Source of the DNA: Dipteris shenzhenensis
Taxonomy: Eukaryota
Reading direction: 5' to 3' (one strand)
Assembly (NCBI GenBank): GCA_047967505.1
Contig: CM106538.1
Length of the DNA stretch: 64,000 bases
Below the pieces are notes generated by a model. The model had not been told where the DNA came from and did no database searches. It saw nothing but the letters and a program-made list of their open reading frames with translations. A program made the position numbers and the translations under genes. Positions 51,304 to 64,000 of the stretch are shown in pieces; position 1 is the stretch's first letter; every line of letters starts with the position of its first letter.

Positions 51304-54300
51304 TATAAGAAAATAATACAACGTCTATGCTCAACAGATAACAGGATCTTGTACGCAAGAGAGAAAACAAGATAGTATGGAGAATCAAAAATTTGATTAC
51401 TGTAGAACTGATACAATAGATGGCTCCCAATCGTGCGCTCCTGTGAAAGAAGCTTCGATGGCATGCTGGAAATAGCAGAAGATGAAGGCTGGATGCTAAG
51501 GAATCAGGGTTGCTGTAGCCAATGATGAAATGGGCTTCATGAGCTTGCCCTTATATAGCCACTAGTCATAGTCGATTAGGCTCAATTGGGTGGCCGACCC
51601 AGTCCACCCAAAATGGTCAACTGGGGGTCGGTCCCGAAATAGGCCACCAACCATACGATAGAACCGGTGCGCAAAACAGAGCAACTAACCTACGGTAACC
51701 ATTCGGCCCAGAGCCATCTAGGATCATTTGAGGCTCCAAACGGGCCCCGCAACCTGAGAGTGGGCTACCTCAGGAAATGCTTCATCTACCCTCAGTGCAG
51801 TCAGTCAAGGGATACCTTCCCACACTTGCATGTAGCCTAGTTGGCGGTGTGCCAACTCTATCTGAAGCCGTCCAGCCATGGCCCCCATCTGGTGTCCAAA
51901 CTAGGACCTACCAGATAGCCAAGCTACTCAAATTCCTTCTCCTCATATGGGGGGCTTACAAGTAGAGTTAGCTGGTTCCCGCGTAGTTACACGAGAGTGG
52001 AATCTAACACCCCCCTCAATGTCCACCCGCAAGTGAACTTACTTTTTCGGCCCAATGCCAAGTCGATGAAGATGCCTCTCCAGCAAGTCTCTTCCAAGAG
52101 CCTTTGTGAAGATGTTCGCAACATTCTCTGTAGTCGAACAGTACTCCAAGTCGACCTCTCCATCCATGATGAGCTCACGTACAAAGTGATATTGAATCTC
52201 AATGTGTTTTGTGCGAGTGTGGAACATCGGGTTCTTTGCAATCGCCATGCAACTCTGATTGTCACATGATAACTGTGTAGGCATGTTCTGCACTGCACCC
52301 ATGTCCCCCAAAATCCTCCTCAACCACACTGCCTCGCAAGAAGCAAAGCATGCAGATTTGTACTCGGCCTCAGTAGAAGAAAGAGTAAGTGTGGGTTGCT
52401 TCTTGTTGACCCATGACATAACTCCAGATCCAAGTGAGAAACAATACCCTGTCACTGATCTCCTACTGTCCACGTCTCCTGCCCAATCCGAGTCATAGAA
52501 TCCGGTCAAGATGTTGCCCTTGGTATAGGTGATGCCATAATCAAGTGTGCCTTTGATGTATTTCAGCACCCGCATCCCTGCCCTCTAATGGTTCTCCCAG
52601 GGCTTATTGGAAAACCTGCTTAGTACACCAGTCGCAAAACTGATGTCGGGTCATTTGTTGCAAAGGTAGATCAAGCTACCCACAAGCCTTCTGTACTTTG
52701 CTTCATCCACCAGTGGTGATGAATCCTCGTTTGAGAGCTTCGTGTCAACCTCCATAGGGGTACCAACTGTCTTGCACTCAGCCATGCCAAATGCCTTTAG
52801 TATCTCTCCAGCATACTTCAGCTGTGAAATGAAGATCTATTTCGGCTCCTACCAAACTTCAATCCCCAAACAGAAATGCATCAATCCGAGGTCTATCATT
52901 TCAAACTCTCTTCCTAGCAAATGCTTTGTCTGCGAGATCTTCTCTTCCCGATTCCCTGTTATGACAAGGTCGTCCACATAAAGGACCACGATCATACACC
53001 TGCCTCCTCTAAAGATATACAAGTTTGCATCTGATGGGCTCCTCCTAAACCCATTTTGCAGAAAGTAGGCATCAATTTGCTGGTACCACGCTCGTGGGGC
53101 TTGTTTTAGCTCGTAAAGTGCCTTCTTCAGTTTGCAGACTTTACCTTCTAAACCGGGGATCTCAAAACCTGGTGGTTGTTCCACGTATACCTCCTCCTTA
53201 AGATCTCCATTCAGAAAGGCAGATTTCACATCCATCTGAAACACGGGCCAACTTCCCTGGGTAGCTAAAGCCAAAACACTGTGAATTGTGGTCAGTTGAG
53301 CTGTGGGAGCAAAAGTATCTTGATAATCAAAACCATATGCCTGTGCAAATCATTTTGCCACGAGCCAAGCCTTGTACTTATCCAACGTGCTGTTGAACTT
53401 GTACTTGGTCTTGTACACCCACTTGGTTCCAATTACCTTGCGTTTTGGTGGTCGATCCACAAGGTCCCAAGTGTTGTTCTTCATTATGGAGCCATACTCC
53501 GACTGCATAGCCTCCATCCACCTATCATCGCCCTGTGCCTCTTCATCAAGACACTTGGGTTCATCAGCACGAATCACTTCTGTCATTAAAGCATAGTTGA
53601 CCAAGTGTTCCTGCACCCTTCTTTACTCCTCTAATCTCTTGGACCGGCAGTGTTCGGATGGTTCCTCCTCAATGGCTGGAGGTTCTCTGCCGTCTAAAAG
53701 CTACTTTACCCACTTCAGGAATAGCCGTTGCTATTGTGGTTCTGTAGGCACTTCTTCATCTTCTTTGTCTTGAATCCTCCCAAGCACCGTTGGGGGAGTT
53801 CGGTCTGCTGTTGGTGGTGGTATTGGATGGATATCCTACTGGTCTTGGTTGTCTTGGAAGGAAGCATCCTCCTCCAATTGATGCGGCTGTTCTGAGAAGA
53901 CCACATCACGACTTACAATTACCTTCTTGGTAATAGGGTTATAGAGACAGTAACCCTTCGCCTCTTCACTATAGCCCAAGAAAATATAGTTCCGGCTCTT
54001 CGGTTCCCATTTGGTCTTGGTAGCATCAGGGACATGTACAAAACAGTTACGTCCAAAAACTTTGAAATGTGCAACTGAAAGTTTCTACCAAAAAAGGCCT
54101 GCAGTGGAGTCGTCCCATTCATAGCCTTCATGTAGCTATGATTGAGAATGTAAACTACAGTGTTACATGCTTCAGCCCAAAAAGTCTTTGGCAAATCTTT
54201 CCCTTTCATCATACTCTGGCCCATTTCGCAGATGACATGCATCTTGCATTCTGCTACTCCATTTTGCTGTGATGTATGTGGCAAGGGTTTCTGCCTCTTG

Positions 54301-56791
54301 ATTTCGTGACTTTTGCAGTAACTTTCGAATTCAGTTGATGTGAACTCTCCACCTCTGTCTGATCTTAACTTCTTCACCTTCCTCCCTGTTTCTTTCTCGA
54401 CCATTACATGCCATTCCTTGAACCTACTAAAAGCCTCATCTTTAGTCTTCAGGAAGTATATCCATATCCTTCTACTGTAGTCGTCGATCAGCGTCATGAA
54501 GTAGTAGGAACCACCCAAAGCTTCCATCTCCATCTTTTTGCAAAGGTCCGTGTGAACGAGCTCTAGAGGAGCCTTTGCCCTGCTGGCCTCTTTAGGAAAG
54601 GGCTGCCGATGCTGCTTGCCCATCATGCAAGCTTCACATATATCAGGCAGATCTGAAATTTCTGGTAGGTTCGCAATCATTCCACTTTTATGCATCTCCT
54701 TCAAAGAACTAAGGTTTAGATGACCAAACCTCTCATGCCATAGCTTAGTGTTCTTCACATCTGCACGAGCACTAAAAGATGAGAGTTCATAAATGTTGTT
54801 GCACCGTGTACCTTTACCAATGACCTTCCCTTGAAGATCCAAGATCTATGCACCATTCTTATCGAATTGAACTTTGAGGTCCCGATCCGTGATCGCAGAA
54901 ATAGAGAACAAGTTCCTCTTGATATCTGGCACATAAGGAACATCAGACAACTATTTTACAACTCTATCTGACTTGAGAGCAATTTTACCTTTTTCTTTTG
55001 TTGGACATTTTGCATCATTGTCGACTGCTACCATGATGTCATTCCCTACCGGCTGTAGAGAGGTATACTAATCCTTCCGACTGGTCATGTGGCACGATGC
55101 ACCATTGTCAATGATCCAAGGTTCATCCACAGGTACATGAACTACCTCCGTGCAAATCTCCTCAATTGCTACAAACAGCTCTATTGGTGCTGCCTATGCG
55201 TTGTTGCTGGACTCTTTCTTTACTCCGTTCTTCTCATCTACAATCTTCTTTCGGCACTCATTCTGCTTGTGCCCTGCCTTGTTACAATAGAAGCACTTGA
55301 TCTTATTCTTTCTCTTTTTATCATCAGAAGAAGATGGGTTACCAGAGTCCTTATCCTTACCTTTCTTTGATCCGGTCCAGAAAGCTGAATCTTCTCTAGT
55401 CCTCGTCTTTTGATGCATCTCCTCCTCCAGAAGCATCGCGCTAAAATCCTCAAAGTTGAGGGGTGGATTTTTGTTATGCGTATTCAACGCTGTAACAAGA
55501 CCGTCGTACTTTGGTGGGAGAATCTGTATGCACCTTCGTGCTAGATTCTCATTGGTGATGGTGATCTGATCACGTAGATTCTTCACCCTGGTGATGAACT
55601 TCTCTATCGCTTCAAACTCAGACAACTTCTCGTTCGCGAGTTGAGTCTCCAGATTCTGAATTTGCGTATGATTAGTGGTCTCGTACTAATTTTTCAAGAC
55701 CGTCCATGCCTCCTCCGCTGTGGTGACATGTTGAATTAACGCCATGATGGAATCACTAACACTGCAGATAATAGAACACAGCACATCTGCATTTCTTCTT
55801 GTCCATGCAAGAATCTCATCTGCAGTTGGTACTATCTGTTGTCCTGCATTGGCTGGATCTGGTCTCACAATCGGATCCACCCCAGTGTAGCAGTGTCCCA
55901 AAGCTCCTATGCGCTTAGGATGGTCTTCATCTTGAACTTCCAAAGTGGATAGTTATAGCCGTCCAACTTTTCGCTTTCACCAAACGGTGGGATTCGCAGT
56001 CTTGTGGGCTGGGCCATCTCTCACAATCTGCTTGCAAACAGAAACACACTACCAAATCTTCTTGCTAGAGTCCAAGCTCTGATACCATGTAAGATAACAA
56101 GATCTTGTACGCAAGAGAGAAAACAAGATAGTATGGAGAATCAAAAATTTGATTACTGTAGAACTGATACAATAGATGGCGCTACCTCCCAACCGTGCGC
56201 TCCTGTGAAAGAAGCTTCGATGGCGTGCTGGAAACAGTAGAAGATGGAGGCTGGATGCTAAGGAATTAGGAGTGCTGTAGCTAGTGATGAAATGGGCTTC
56301 ACGAGCTTGCTCTTATATAGCCACCATTCGTAGTTGGTTAGGCTCGATTGGGTGGTCGACCCAATTCACCCAAAATTGTTAACTGGGAGTCGGTCCCGAA
56401 ATAGGCCACTGACCATACGATAGAACCGATGCGCAAAATAGAGCAACTAACCTATGGTCACCGTTCAGCCCAGAGCCATCCGAGATCATCTGAGGCTCCA
56501 AACGGGCCCCGTAACCCGAGAGTGGGCTGCCCCGGAAAATACTCCATCTACCCTCAGTGCAGTCAGTCAAGGGATGCCTTCCAGCACTTGCATGTAGCCT
56601 AGTTAGTGGTGTGCCAACTCTATCTGAAGCCGTCCAGCCATCAGGTCACACATGGCCCCCATCTGGTGTCCAAACTAGGACCTACCGGATAACCGAGCTA
56701 CTCAAATGCCTTCTCCTCATATGGGGGGCTTACAAATAGAGTTAGCTGGTTCCCGCATAGTTACATGAGAGTGGAGCATTGATATCTAACA
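51304..56791 (-). mobile_element. Full-length Ty1/copia family 3 element (5488 bp) nested in antisense; LTRs 56088-56791 and 51304-52009; TSD AAACC
   Basis: PBS (rc gctctgatacca) at 56076-56087 and PPT (rc cccccctcaat) at 52010-52020. gag-PR-INT-RT-RNaseH on the minus strand with stops. aaacc at 51299-51303 and 56792-56796. Confidence 0.96.
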
Positions 56792-57401
56792 AAACCTTCA
56801 GCTACACATTTCAGAGTTTTTGGATGTGACTTTTGTGCATGTCCCTGATGCTAACAAGACCAAATGGGAACCGAAGTGCTGGAAGTGTATTTTCTTGGGC
56901 TACAGTGAAGACGCGAAGGGTTACCGTCTATATAATCCTATTACCTAGAAGGTAATAGTAAGTCGCAATGTGGTCTTCTTAGAACAACTGCATCAATTGG
57001 AGGAGGATGCTTCCTTCCCAGACAACCAGGACCAGGATATCCATCTAGTATAACCACCAACAGTAGACCGAACTCCCCTAATGGTGCTTGGGAGGATTCA
57101 AGATAAAGAAGAGGAAGAAGAGCCTACAAAACCACAATGGCAACGACCATTCCCGAAGTGGGTAAAGCAGCTTTTGGACGGTAGAGAACCTCTAGCCATT
57201 GAGGAGGAACCATCCGAACACCACCAGTCCAAGAGATTAGAGGAGCAAAGAAGGGTGCAGGAACACTTTGGTCAACTACACTTTGATGATAGAGGTGATC
57301 CGTGCTAAAGAACCCAAGTGTCTTGAAGAAGCACAAGGTGATGATAGGTGGATGGAGGCTATGCTATCAAAGTATGGCTCCATAATGAAGAACAACACTT
57401 G

Positions 57402-57408
<7 letters not shown>
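56792..57408 (+). mobile_element. Ty1/copia family 3, outer element, right part (INT end to RT start), truncated
   Basis: The frame continues GKKP|SATHFRVFGC...KCIFLGYSE..KGYRL...EPKCLEEA...KNNTWDL, then stops at a (CT)n tract. Confidence 0.9.

Positions 57409-57441
<33 letters not shown>
57405..57441. repeat. (CT)n microsatellite
   Basis: Pure CT run. Confidence 0.95.
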
Positions 57442-57445
<4 letters not shown>

Positions 57446-58499
57446 TGCAATTAAATTTTAAACTCTATAAATATGTCATATGTCCTACAACCTTATCTAG
57501 AATCATTATAGAAGCTCTTTATGCCTCATTTTACTCTACTGAAATCTACCTTAGACTACTTTTAATGAGATGTGCAATCCCAAAAAAAAATCTTATGATC
57601 GTGCAGTAGAATGAACAGATCTTTACATCTATATCCTTGCTCATGGAACTTACATAATATTTTTCAAAGAAAAAACTTCCATACTATATGATCTAATGGA
57701 ATTCATTTATAAAACACAAGGAACACTATCGTTAATTAACACTTAACCTAGTAAACAGACCTAATCCAATGGCCATATTCTAATCGTTTATGCATCCAAT
57801 GGTCATAATCATTTTTAGTTGCTAATATAATGCATTTGAGAAAAGCTATGACCAATTAATTGTTGCCCTATTGAAAGAGTTGCTTGGTTACCTAAGGAAT
57901 ATAAATTAAATTAAACAGGGCATAAAAATAATACAAATTAAATTCAAAGGGGATTCAAAGTAGACCATTTGCACCCCATTGTAATACTTAAAACCTAAAC
58001 CCATGGATCAATTGGAATCTAAAACACTATATGCAATACCTCTTAATCTGTCACATTAGATCCTAAATATTAGGGTTGCATAAAACCTAAACATTAAAAA
58101 TAAAAAGTAAATGCTAAATATCGGAATGAAAAGTGTTGGCATTGTGAAGGACCTACTTCCTCATCACCATTGCATATGCCTCGCACAAACCCATAAAGGT
58201 CCAATGGAGCATCAGTGTCTTCCATTGCTATTAGCACCATCATCAAGCTAAACTGTACTACACGAGAAGACAACACCATGCTGCACCCATCGGCAGCATG
58301 GTCCTATTTGGTCTTCGTGCATGTGTGTTGTGCTTGAGATGGTACTCAAGAGCAAGAAGAAGATGATGGTGCTCCAAAATTTGCTAATCACAATGCAAAA
58401 TTCTCATCCCACCCTAAACCTGCAACCATAAATCAAAAAACAACAAGGCATTTAGAATACAATGAGACATTCAAAACCTTCTATCATCATCATTGCCAT

Positions 58500-60941
58500 C
58501 TTCAATATCATCTATCCTAAAGCCACAATTCATGAGTCACTATCTCATCTTCATACCCATGTGGAAGGAAAATATTATTTCCTTCTTCTTCATCCAATTC
58601 ATCCTCCTAATCACTATCCTTCTCAGATATTGTACCATTAGTCCCCTCCTCATCCCCTTTTTGAGGTTCTGGAATTTGCAATGATGGGACTACTTCAGGT
58701 TGGATAACATCAGGTGGGATATCATAGGTCCATTTTGGAAATTTCTCCTCACATTCCATAGCTCCACATGTTTCCAGCATTTTATGATTGGTTGGAAACA
58801 TTTTATGATTGGCATAGATGTACACTAGTATCTCAACCTGATCCTCTAGAAGGCTATTTTGTAAAGTATGATGATTGTACTTATAATGACTCTAGTTTCT
58901 TTCTGAGCCCAATTTTGAGTGTGTTTGAGAAAGAACCCTCATTACAATTGGGCGTAGAAGCTCACTCATTCACCATTTCTAAGCAGATGTAGTTTCTCGC
59001 CAATGCTTGAACATCTCTTAATGGAAACAATCCCTCCTTTCATCTATCCTTGGCTAACTCATTACAAGACTTTGCAAACTCGTGGTTTTGGGGATAATAT
59101 TGTTGCACCACCTTATGGAAGTCATGCATAACGATTGGGATTTCTTCGGACTTACCACTTGGGGTTTAAAAGGTACCCAATACTATGCAAGGGATTGTGA
59201 CCTTCTCCCATTGAGGTCTAAACAATTGCCAAATTTCCTTGCATTTTGTAGCATTAAATGGTATTCTCTCATTCACTTGGCCTAGGTGAGGAGGGGGATT
59301 CCTCACAATAAGATCTTGGTCAATACTCCAAAAGTGCATCCATGCTTTTTCAATTGTTGGAGCCTTTGAGTCCCTAAGCACATATAATGTAGGTTTCATA
59401 ACATTAGTAGCATCCTCAAACTGCCTCCATAATGTAGGGGATTCCAATGTTACTTTCAGGTCAAACATCTTCTCCTTTGTTGCCCTATTAGTCAGCTCTG
59501 ACATCCATCATTCAAATGCATCACACTAAAATGCCTTTCTAAGAAAACTCCTATTCTTCACCAAGGATTGCAAAGTGTAGAAATACGTGGCAAATTTTGT
59601 GGTTGCTGGCAATTGCAACATGTTAGAACCATCACGAGACATAAAGATTGCTTCAAGATGTTGCTTTGATCATATTAAATTTGCAATGTCTTGAGTAGCA
59701 CAAGCAATCTCTTTGAACCATGGCACTTGTTTGTACCAATCTTTCAATGCAGGATTTAAAGTATGCATACAACATGCAGATGCATATAGATTGTCATACT
59801 CCCTTTGCAATATTCTATCCGCCTTTTTACAACTCTTGGCAGTGTGCATTAATTGACTTGTGGAAGGCCTCTCCATGTGGTTATATAACCATCACATTCA
59901 ATAGAGCATGGCATTTTATGCTTCTCCACCCATATGAGACAATTATATATCTAGTGTTATGCAGTTGTTCAAAAATGTTGCGATTTATGTGATCTTTCTC
60001 TTCGGAATATGCCTTATTTAACAATGTTGTACACAATGTGTGGTATGAAGGGGGCTTGAAGCCTGGTGTATAGTTAGCAATGGAATTCCATGCAGCTCTC
60101 ATATCATCATTATCAACCATATCAGTGGATATCTTGACCACAAAATTGATCTGCCAAGAATATATTGTGCATTCTCCAAATCTTGAACCCAAATGCTCTC
60201 AACTATCATGGGTTGCCTGACATTAGGAGTCACAGTTGCCGATCTAGCTTCACAAGCCATAATTGGATATTTATCTTGCATGTTAGTGTCCACACAAGGT
60301 ATTATGGCATGAGAGCCTATACACTTGTACTTCTATCACCGTGTATGCTAGCAGACTCTACTCCATTTACACCTTAACCTTTCCAAATTGATCTTTTTTG
60401 AAATTTTCCAAAAGATTGAATCTTTTGTGTCAAGGTGTGAACTACTACAGCAGCTTCTGGGGCTACATAATGCTAAATACTCTCTCTTAAGTCACCAAAC
60501 AAGTGACCCCTTATGTGAGGCACTCCCCCTGATTTTTGTATTCCACAACACTTGCATTTCCACTCAACATAGTCATGAACATTAATGACCATCTGACTTG
60601 TGTTTCTCCCCCTATGCACGTGGAATACCTCTTTGAGAGGATTGCACCACCCGCATAAATCCTCTCCCTGTATCTTGGTTAACAATCACGAGGTGGATCA
60701 AGCATTGGGGCATGGAGATCCTCTTTTATGAATCCTTGTTCAATCCCAAGATCATTATTAGGCATATGAATATTAGCTTGGGCATGACTCGATGCATCAA
60801 CATTTGTCTAGCCACAACTTGTCTTGAAGGTTGTGCATAAATGTTTCTAATTACAAGCATTTTTTGTTGTGCATTCATAGTCGCAACTTGGAATCTATTT
60901 CTTCTCACATCATTGCTATCTCGCCTCCTCCTTCTCTCCAT
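58500..60941 (-). mobile_element. Degenerate hAT transposase (BED finger, DUF659-like core, dimerisation region)
   Basis: WKCKCCG...GGVPHIRGHL (BED), FKPPSYHTL.TTLL, IIVS(D>Y)GW, ACCMHTLN (CxxH), TKFATYF and ERN*S in order, with many stops. Confidence 0.8.
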
Positions 60942-61339
60942 GCTTTACTAATAAATTAGATTAAAATCAAAATCCACCATAAATCCTTAATTGAAGACTC
61001 ACTAACAATCACATTCAGAGGCACTCGTGATCGTGGTCCACAAGTTTCCCAAAATGCAAGGACTTGGAGTATAGATCACCCCCAAGAGCACACAACAAAC
61101 ACTCGCATTCACTAGCACTCATGTTTGTGGTATGCTATTTCTCCAAAGCGTAGGGAGTCGGAGTAGCGAACCACACCCACAAGTATAATAAATGTTGACT
61201 CACCCTCCCCCACTCAACCTTACTACTATGATCCAAATCGTGGTTCAGCTTTCTATCCCAACTTACCAAATGGTTTATTGGGATAAGCACCACAATCAGA
61301 TCAAATGAAGAGCTTGTATTGTCCTTTCTACCAATATAT

Positions 61340-61555
61340 AGCACCGAGTTGTGTAGGAAACTATGAATCCGTAGCTAATAACACCGATAGTAATATAGCT
61401 ATTGCCGGTGGTACTACGATGACAATCAGTGGTGGTAAGATTGTATTACCGCCAATTATAATATCGACGATAAATAATAATCGCTGATAATTTTTAAATT
61501 ACTGCCGATAACGTAAATACTACTGCTGGGTATGTTAATGACACATGTAGTAGTC
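61340..61555. repeat. Short ccgata/gccgataa-type repeats, probable DNA-transposon subterminal region
   Basis: Repeated accgata/gccgataa/tcgacgata motifs ending near atgtagtagtc, a degenerate CACTA-like end. Confidence 0.35.
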
Positions 61556-61939
61556 TTACCTGGTTTCCTCATGATTTTTCCTGGTAATCAACATGATCAC
61601 GTTGATTTTATGCTACTTCAGATTATAATTAATGAACAGTAATCACCCATTAACGCAAACATGAAAACCCCAACCTTTGAGAATCTTCAAAGACAAGCAT
61701 TGTGAAGAATTAGTCTTTTTAATACATGCCTTGGGTTCCAAATCCATCTTGGCTCCATTTCAAATCCTAAAGGATGTTGTTATGATAATAATGGCATGGA
61801 CCAATAGTATGTATGCTTACACGGGTGCATGTGTACACACACACACATACTATCCGCTTTTTCCTTTTGACCATTCTGATTACTTTTTTCCCTTGAAAAC
61901 CCTTTCCCAACTTATCCCCTCTCTCCAGCTCATTATATT

Positions 61940-62720
61940 CCCCCTAATTATTTCTTAATTTCTAGAGTTTTCCTCTAATTCTCCTTTTTTTCCTTTTCAC
62001 TGCCTAGCTCAGTTACACTCCCTCTAATTTGGGCCTAATTATTTCTCCCTATTTTTTGCCTAATTTTTCTTAATTAATTTTAAATTTTCTCCTAAATTTT
62101 TTTGCTAACATTTTTTCCCTATTTTCCTTTTTCTAATTCTCCTAATCTTCCCTAATCTTTTCCTATTTCTTAACGTTTTTTCCTTAATTTGTTCTTATAT
62201 TTTTTACATTTTCAATTGTTTATTTTCCTTATTTTTCTCCTATCTAGTTTTTTCCTTAAACTACCTCTCCCATCTCCCTCTCTCAAAATTTCCTTCTTTT
62301 TTCCTTCTTTCCTTTACTTTTATTCCAATTTTCCTTCTCATTCCCATAAGTTATCATATTTTACCCCCTTCCCCCCTCTTTTTCAAAATTTTCATATTTT
62401 AGCCTTCTCTTTTTTTTTTCCTTTATTAAAATTTTTTCCTTGTTTATTTTTTCATTTCTCCTTATTTTTCCATGAATTTTTTGCTCTCTTTTTGCTTATT
62501 TATTACCTTCTAATGTCTTATTTTCCTTATTTTTATTGGCTCTACTTAATTAAGTCTTTTCATGTTATTTTCCTTTTAATTTCTTACCCCTTGCTTATAA
62601 TTTTTCTTAATAAACCGCTTTTTTTTAATTACCACTTCTATCTCTATTGTTTACTAAACCTTTATTAATCTATTTACCCCCTTATTTTCTAAATTAACTT
62701 TACCCCACTTAATGTCAACC
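61940..62720. repeat. Pyrimidine-rich low-complexity tract
   Basis: Almost G-free T/C/A sequence with recurring cctaatt/ttttcc units. Confidence 0.85.
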
Positions 62721-63744
62721 GTTCCCTAACCCAACCCAAACTAACCCCCTGACTAATCTCTTCCCCTCCCTAACTCTAACGACTCGATTACTCCTCCCTC
62801 GTCTTGTACACACCCCACACACGGCCCCAACATCTAACCTCCCTAGCTATCGTTGGCCCGACCCCCCAAACTGACCACACTCCTTAGCTATCTATTGGCC
62901 CTACCCCTCGACTGACCACACTCCCTTCTATTTAAATGGCCCTGCTTCCCACCTCTTTACCATCGTCTCATTGTTAATGCCTTAGTCTACCTGTCAGTTT
63001 TCCCTCCCGCCCATGTGAACTAACTTCTATCTCCCTACCTAGTACCTACCTCTACTCTAAAGCCCATGCTGTGCTCATAGCAGCTCCTCACTGCGATGTT
63101 GTGAAGTTGTTCTCAAGCCATCCCACTACTCGCATACCTCTTATGGCTAATTCTGATGAAGCCGCCACAAGCTTTCGTGGGCAAGGGTTGCACCTATTAC
63201 CCTATGAGCCTATTATCTAGTACTCTGGTGCTTCTACAAGGCTGACTGCAAGTCTATACCACAATATGACTGCGTATGTGCACCAAACCTACGGTTACGC
63301 ACGATCCATACTTCTATATCGAGTTGTTTAAGTTTGTGGTTAAACTTCTAGTTTATTGTGACCCCGATAACAAGGGAGGGGAATTTATGACACCTATCTT
63401 CCCAACCAAAGTTAAGCTAGATCTTACCATGTTTTCTATGCAGATTCTCCTCTTTCGTAAATTAGATGCTTGTCAAGACTTCACCGGCTCTTACTTTCTT
63501 TTGCAAATATTTTTTTGCTTAAACATTATTAGCATTCCTTGCCAAATAAACTCTTACATACTTTTTACACATGCTCGTAATTGGACCCTGACCTCGGAGC
63601 TTGGACTACCTAACGGATTCAACACTTTTGAACCAACTTTTGCTTTATGGACACCCATATAATAAATAATTTTTATCCACCCTTATTTGAGCTTCGTGTG
63701 CCATGTTGTTAAAAGGTTTTATATTTAAAACACACACACACACA

Positions 63745-63910
63745 CACACATTGAATACACTAAGGATATGAGGTCATAATAACATTGGGACCAAAGATTG
63801 CAAAATTGTGACCATGCAAACCGATCCACATTGAATACTGAGAATATGAGGTCATGACAACAATGGGACCAAATATTGCAAAACTTTGACCATACAAATC
63901 GACCCAAGGT
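63745..63910. repeat. ~80-bp tandem duplication
   Basis: acattgaatac...atatgaggtcat...gggaccaaa.attgcaaaa...gaccat occurs twice. Confidence 0.85.
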
Positions 63911-64000
63911 CCATTTGAAAACTTGAAAAATCAGAGAAGAGTAAAATATGTAAGTGCTAAACTTTATTATCATCACCATGGAGATTCATTTCTTGCAGCC

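Noticed and set aside
62189-62668. 159-aa F/L-rich 'membrane protein' ORF
   Set aside because: Artefact of the pyrimidine-rich low-complexity tract.

Overview
Eukaryotic, land-plant nuclear DNA: GT-AG introns, (CT)n/(GA)n tracts and dense decayed transposons. A fern or other non-seed plant is plausible but is inference only. Three host genes are readable: an intronless OEP40-like gene (4482-5987 +), a 5-exon OPR3-type 12-oxophytodienoate reductase (46523-48172 +), and a phase-consistent 7-exon gene (21635-24091 +) whose C-terminal half resembles the Cnd3 domain of condensin CAP-G. That last gene may continue 12.7 kb upstream (8.0-9.0 kb) across a TE-filled intron. The rest is mostly nested TE debris: three Ty1/copia families (two self-nested, one with a clean AAACC TSD), an L1-like LINE, two Sola-like transposase remnants, a hAT remnant and two orphan CACTA right ends. 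The most unusual signals are (i) a repeated, spliced, decayed module joining an FCP1/NIF-type HAD phosphatase to a SET domain (20.1-21.2 kb and 44.4-45.3 kb), (ii) the short divergent CAP-G-like gene, and (iii) a perfect 61-bp nested palindrome at 26583-26735. All family assignments come from motif recognition by eye; no searches were run.
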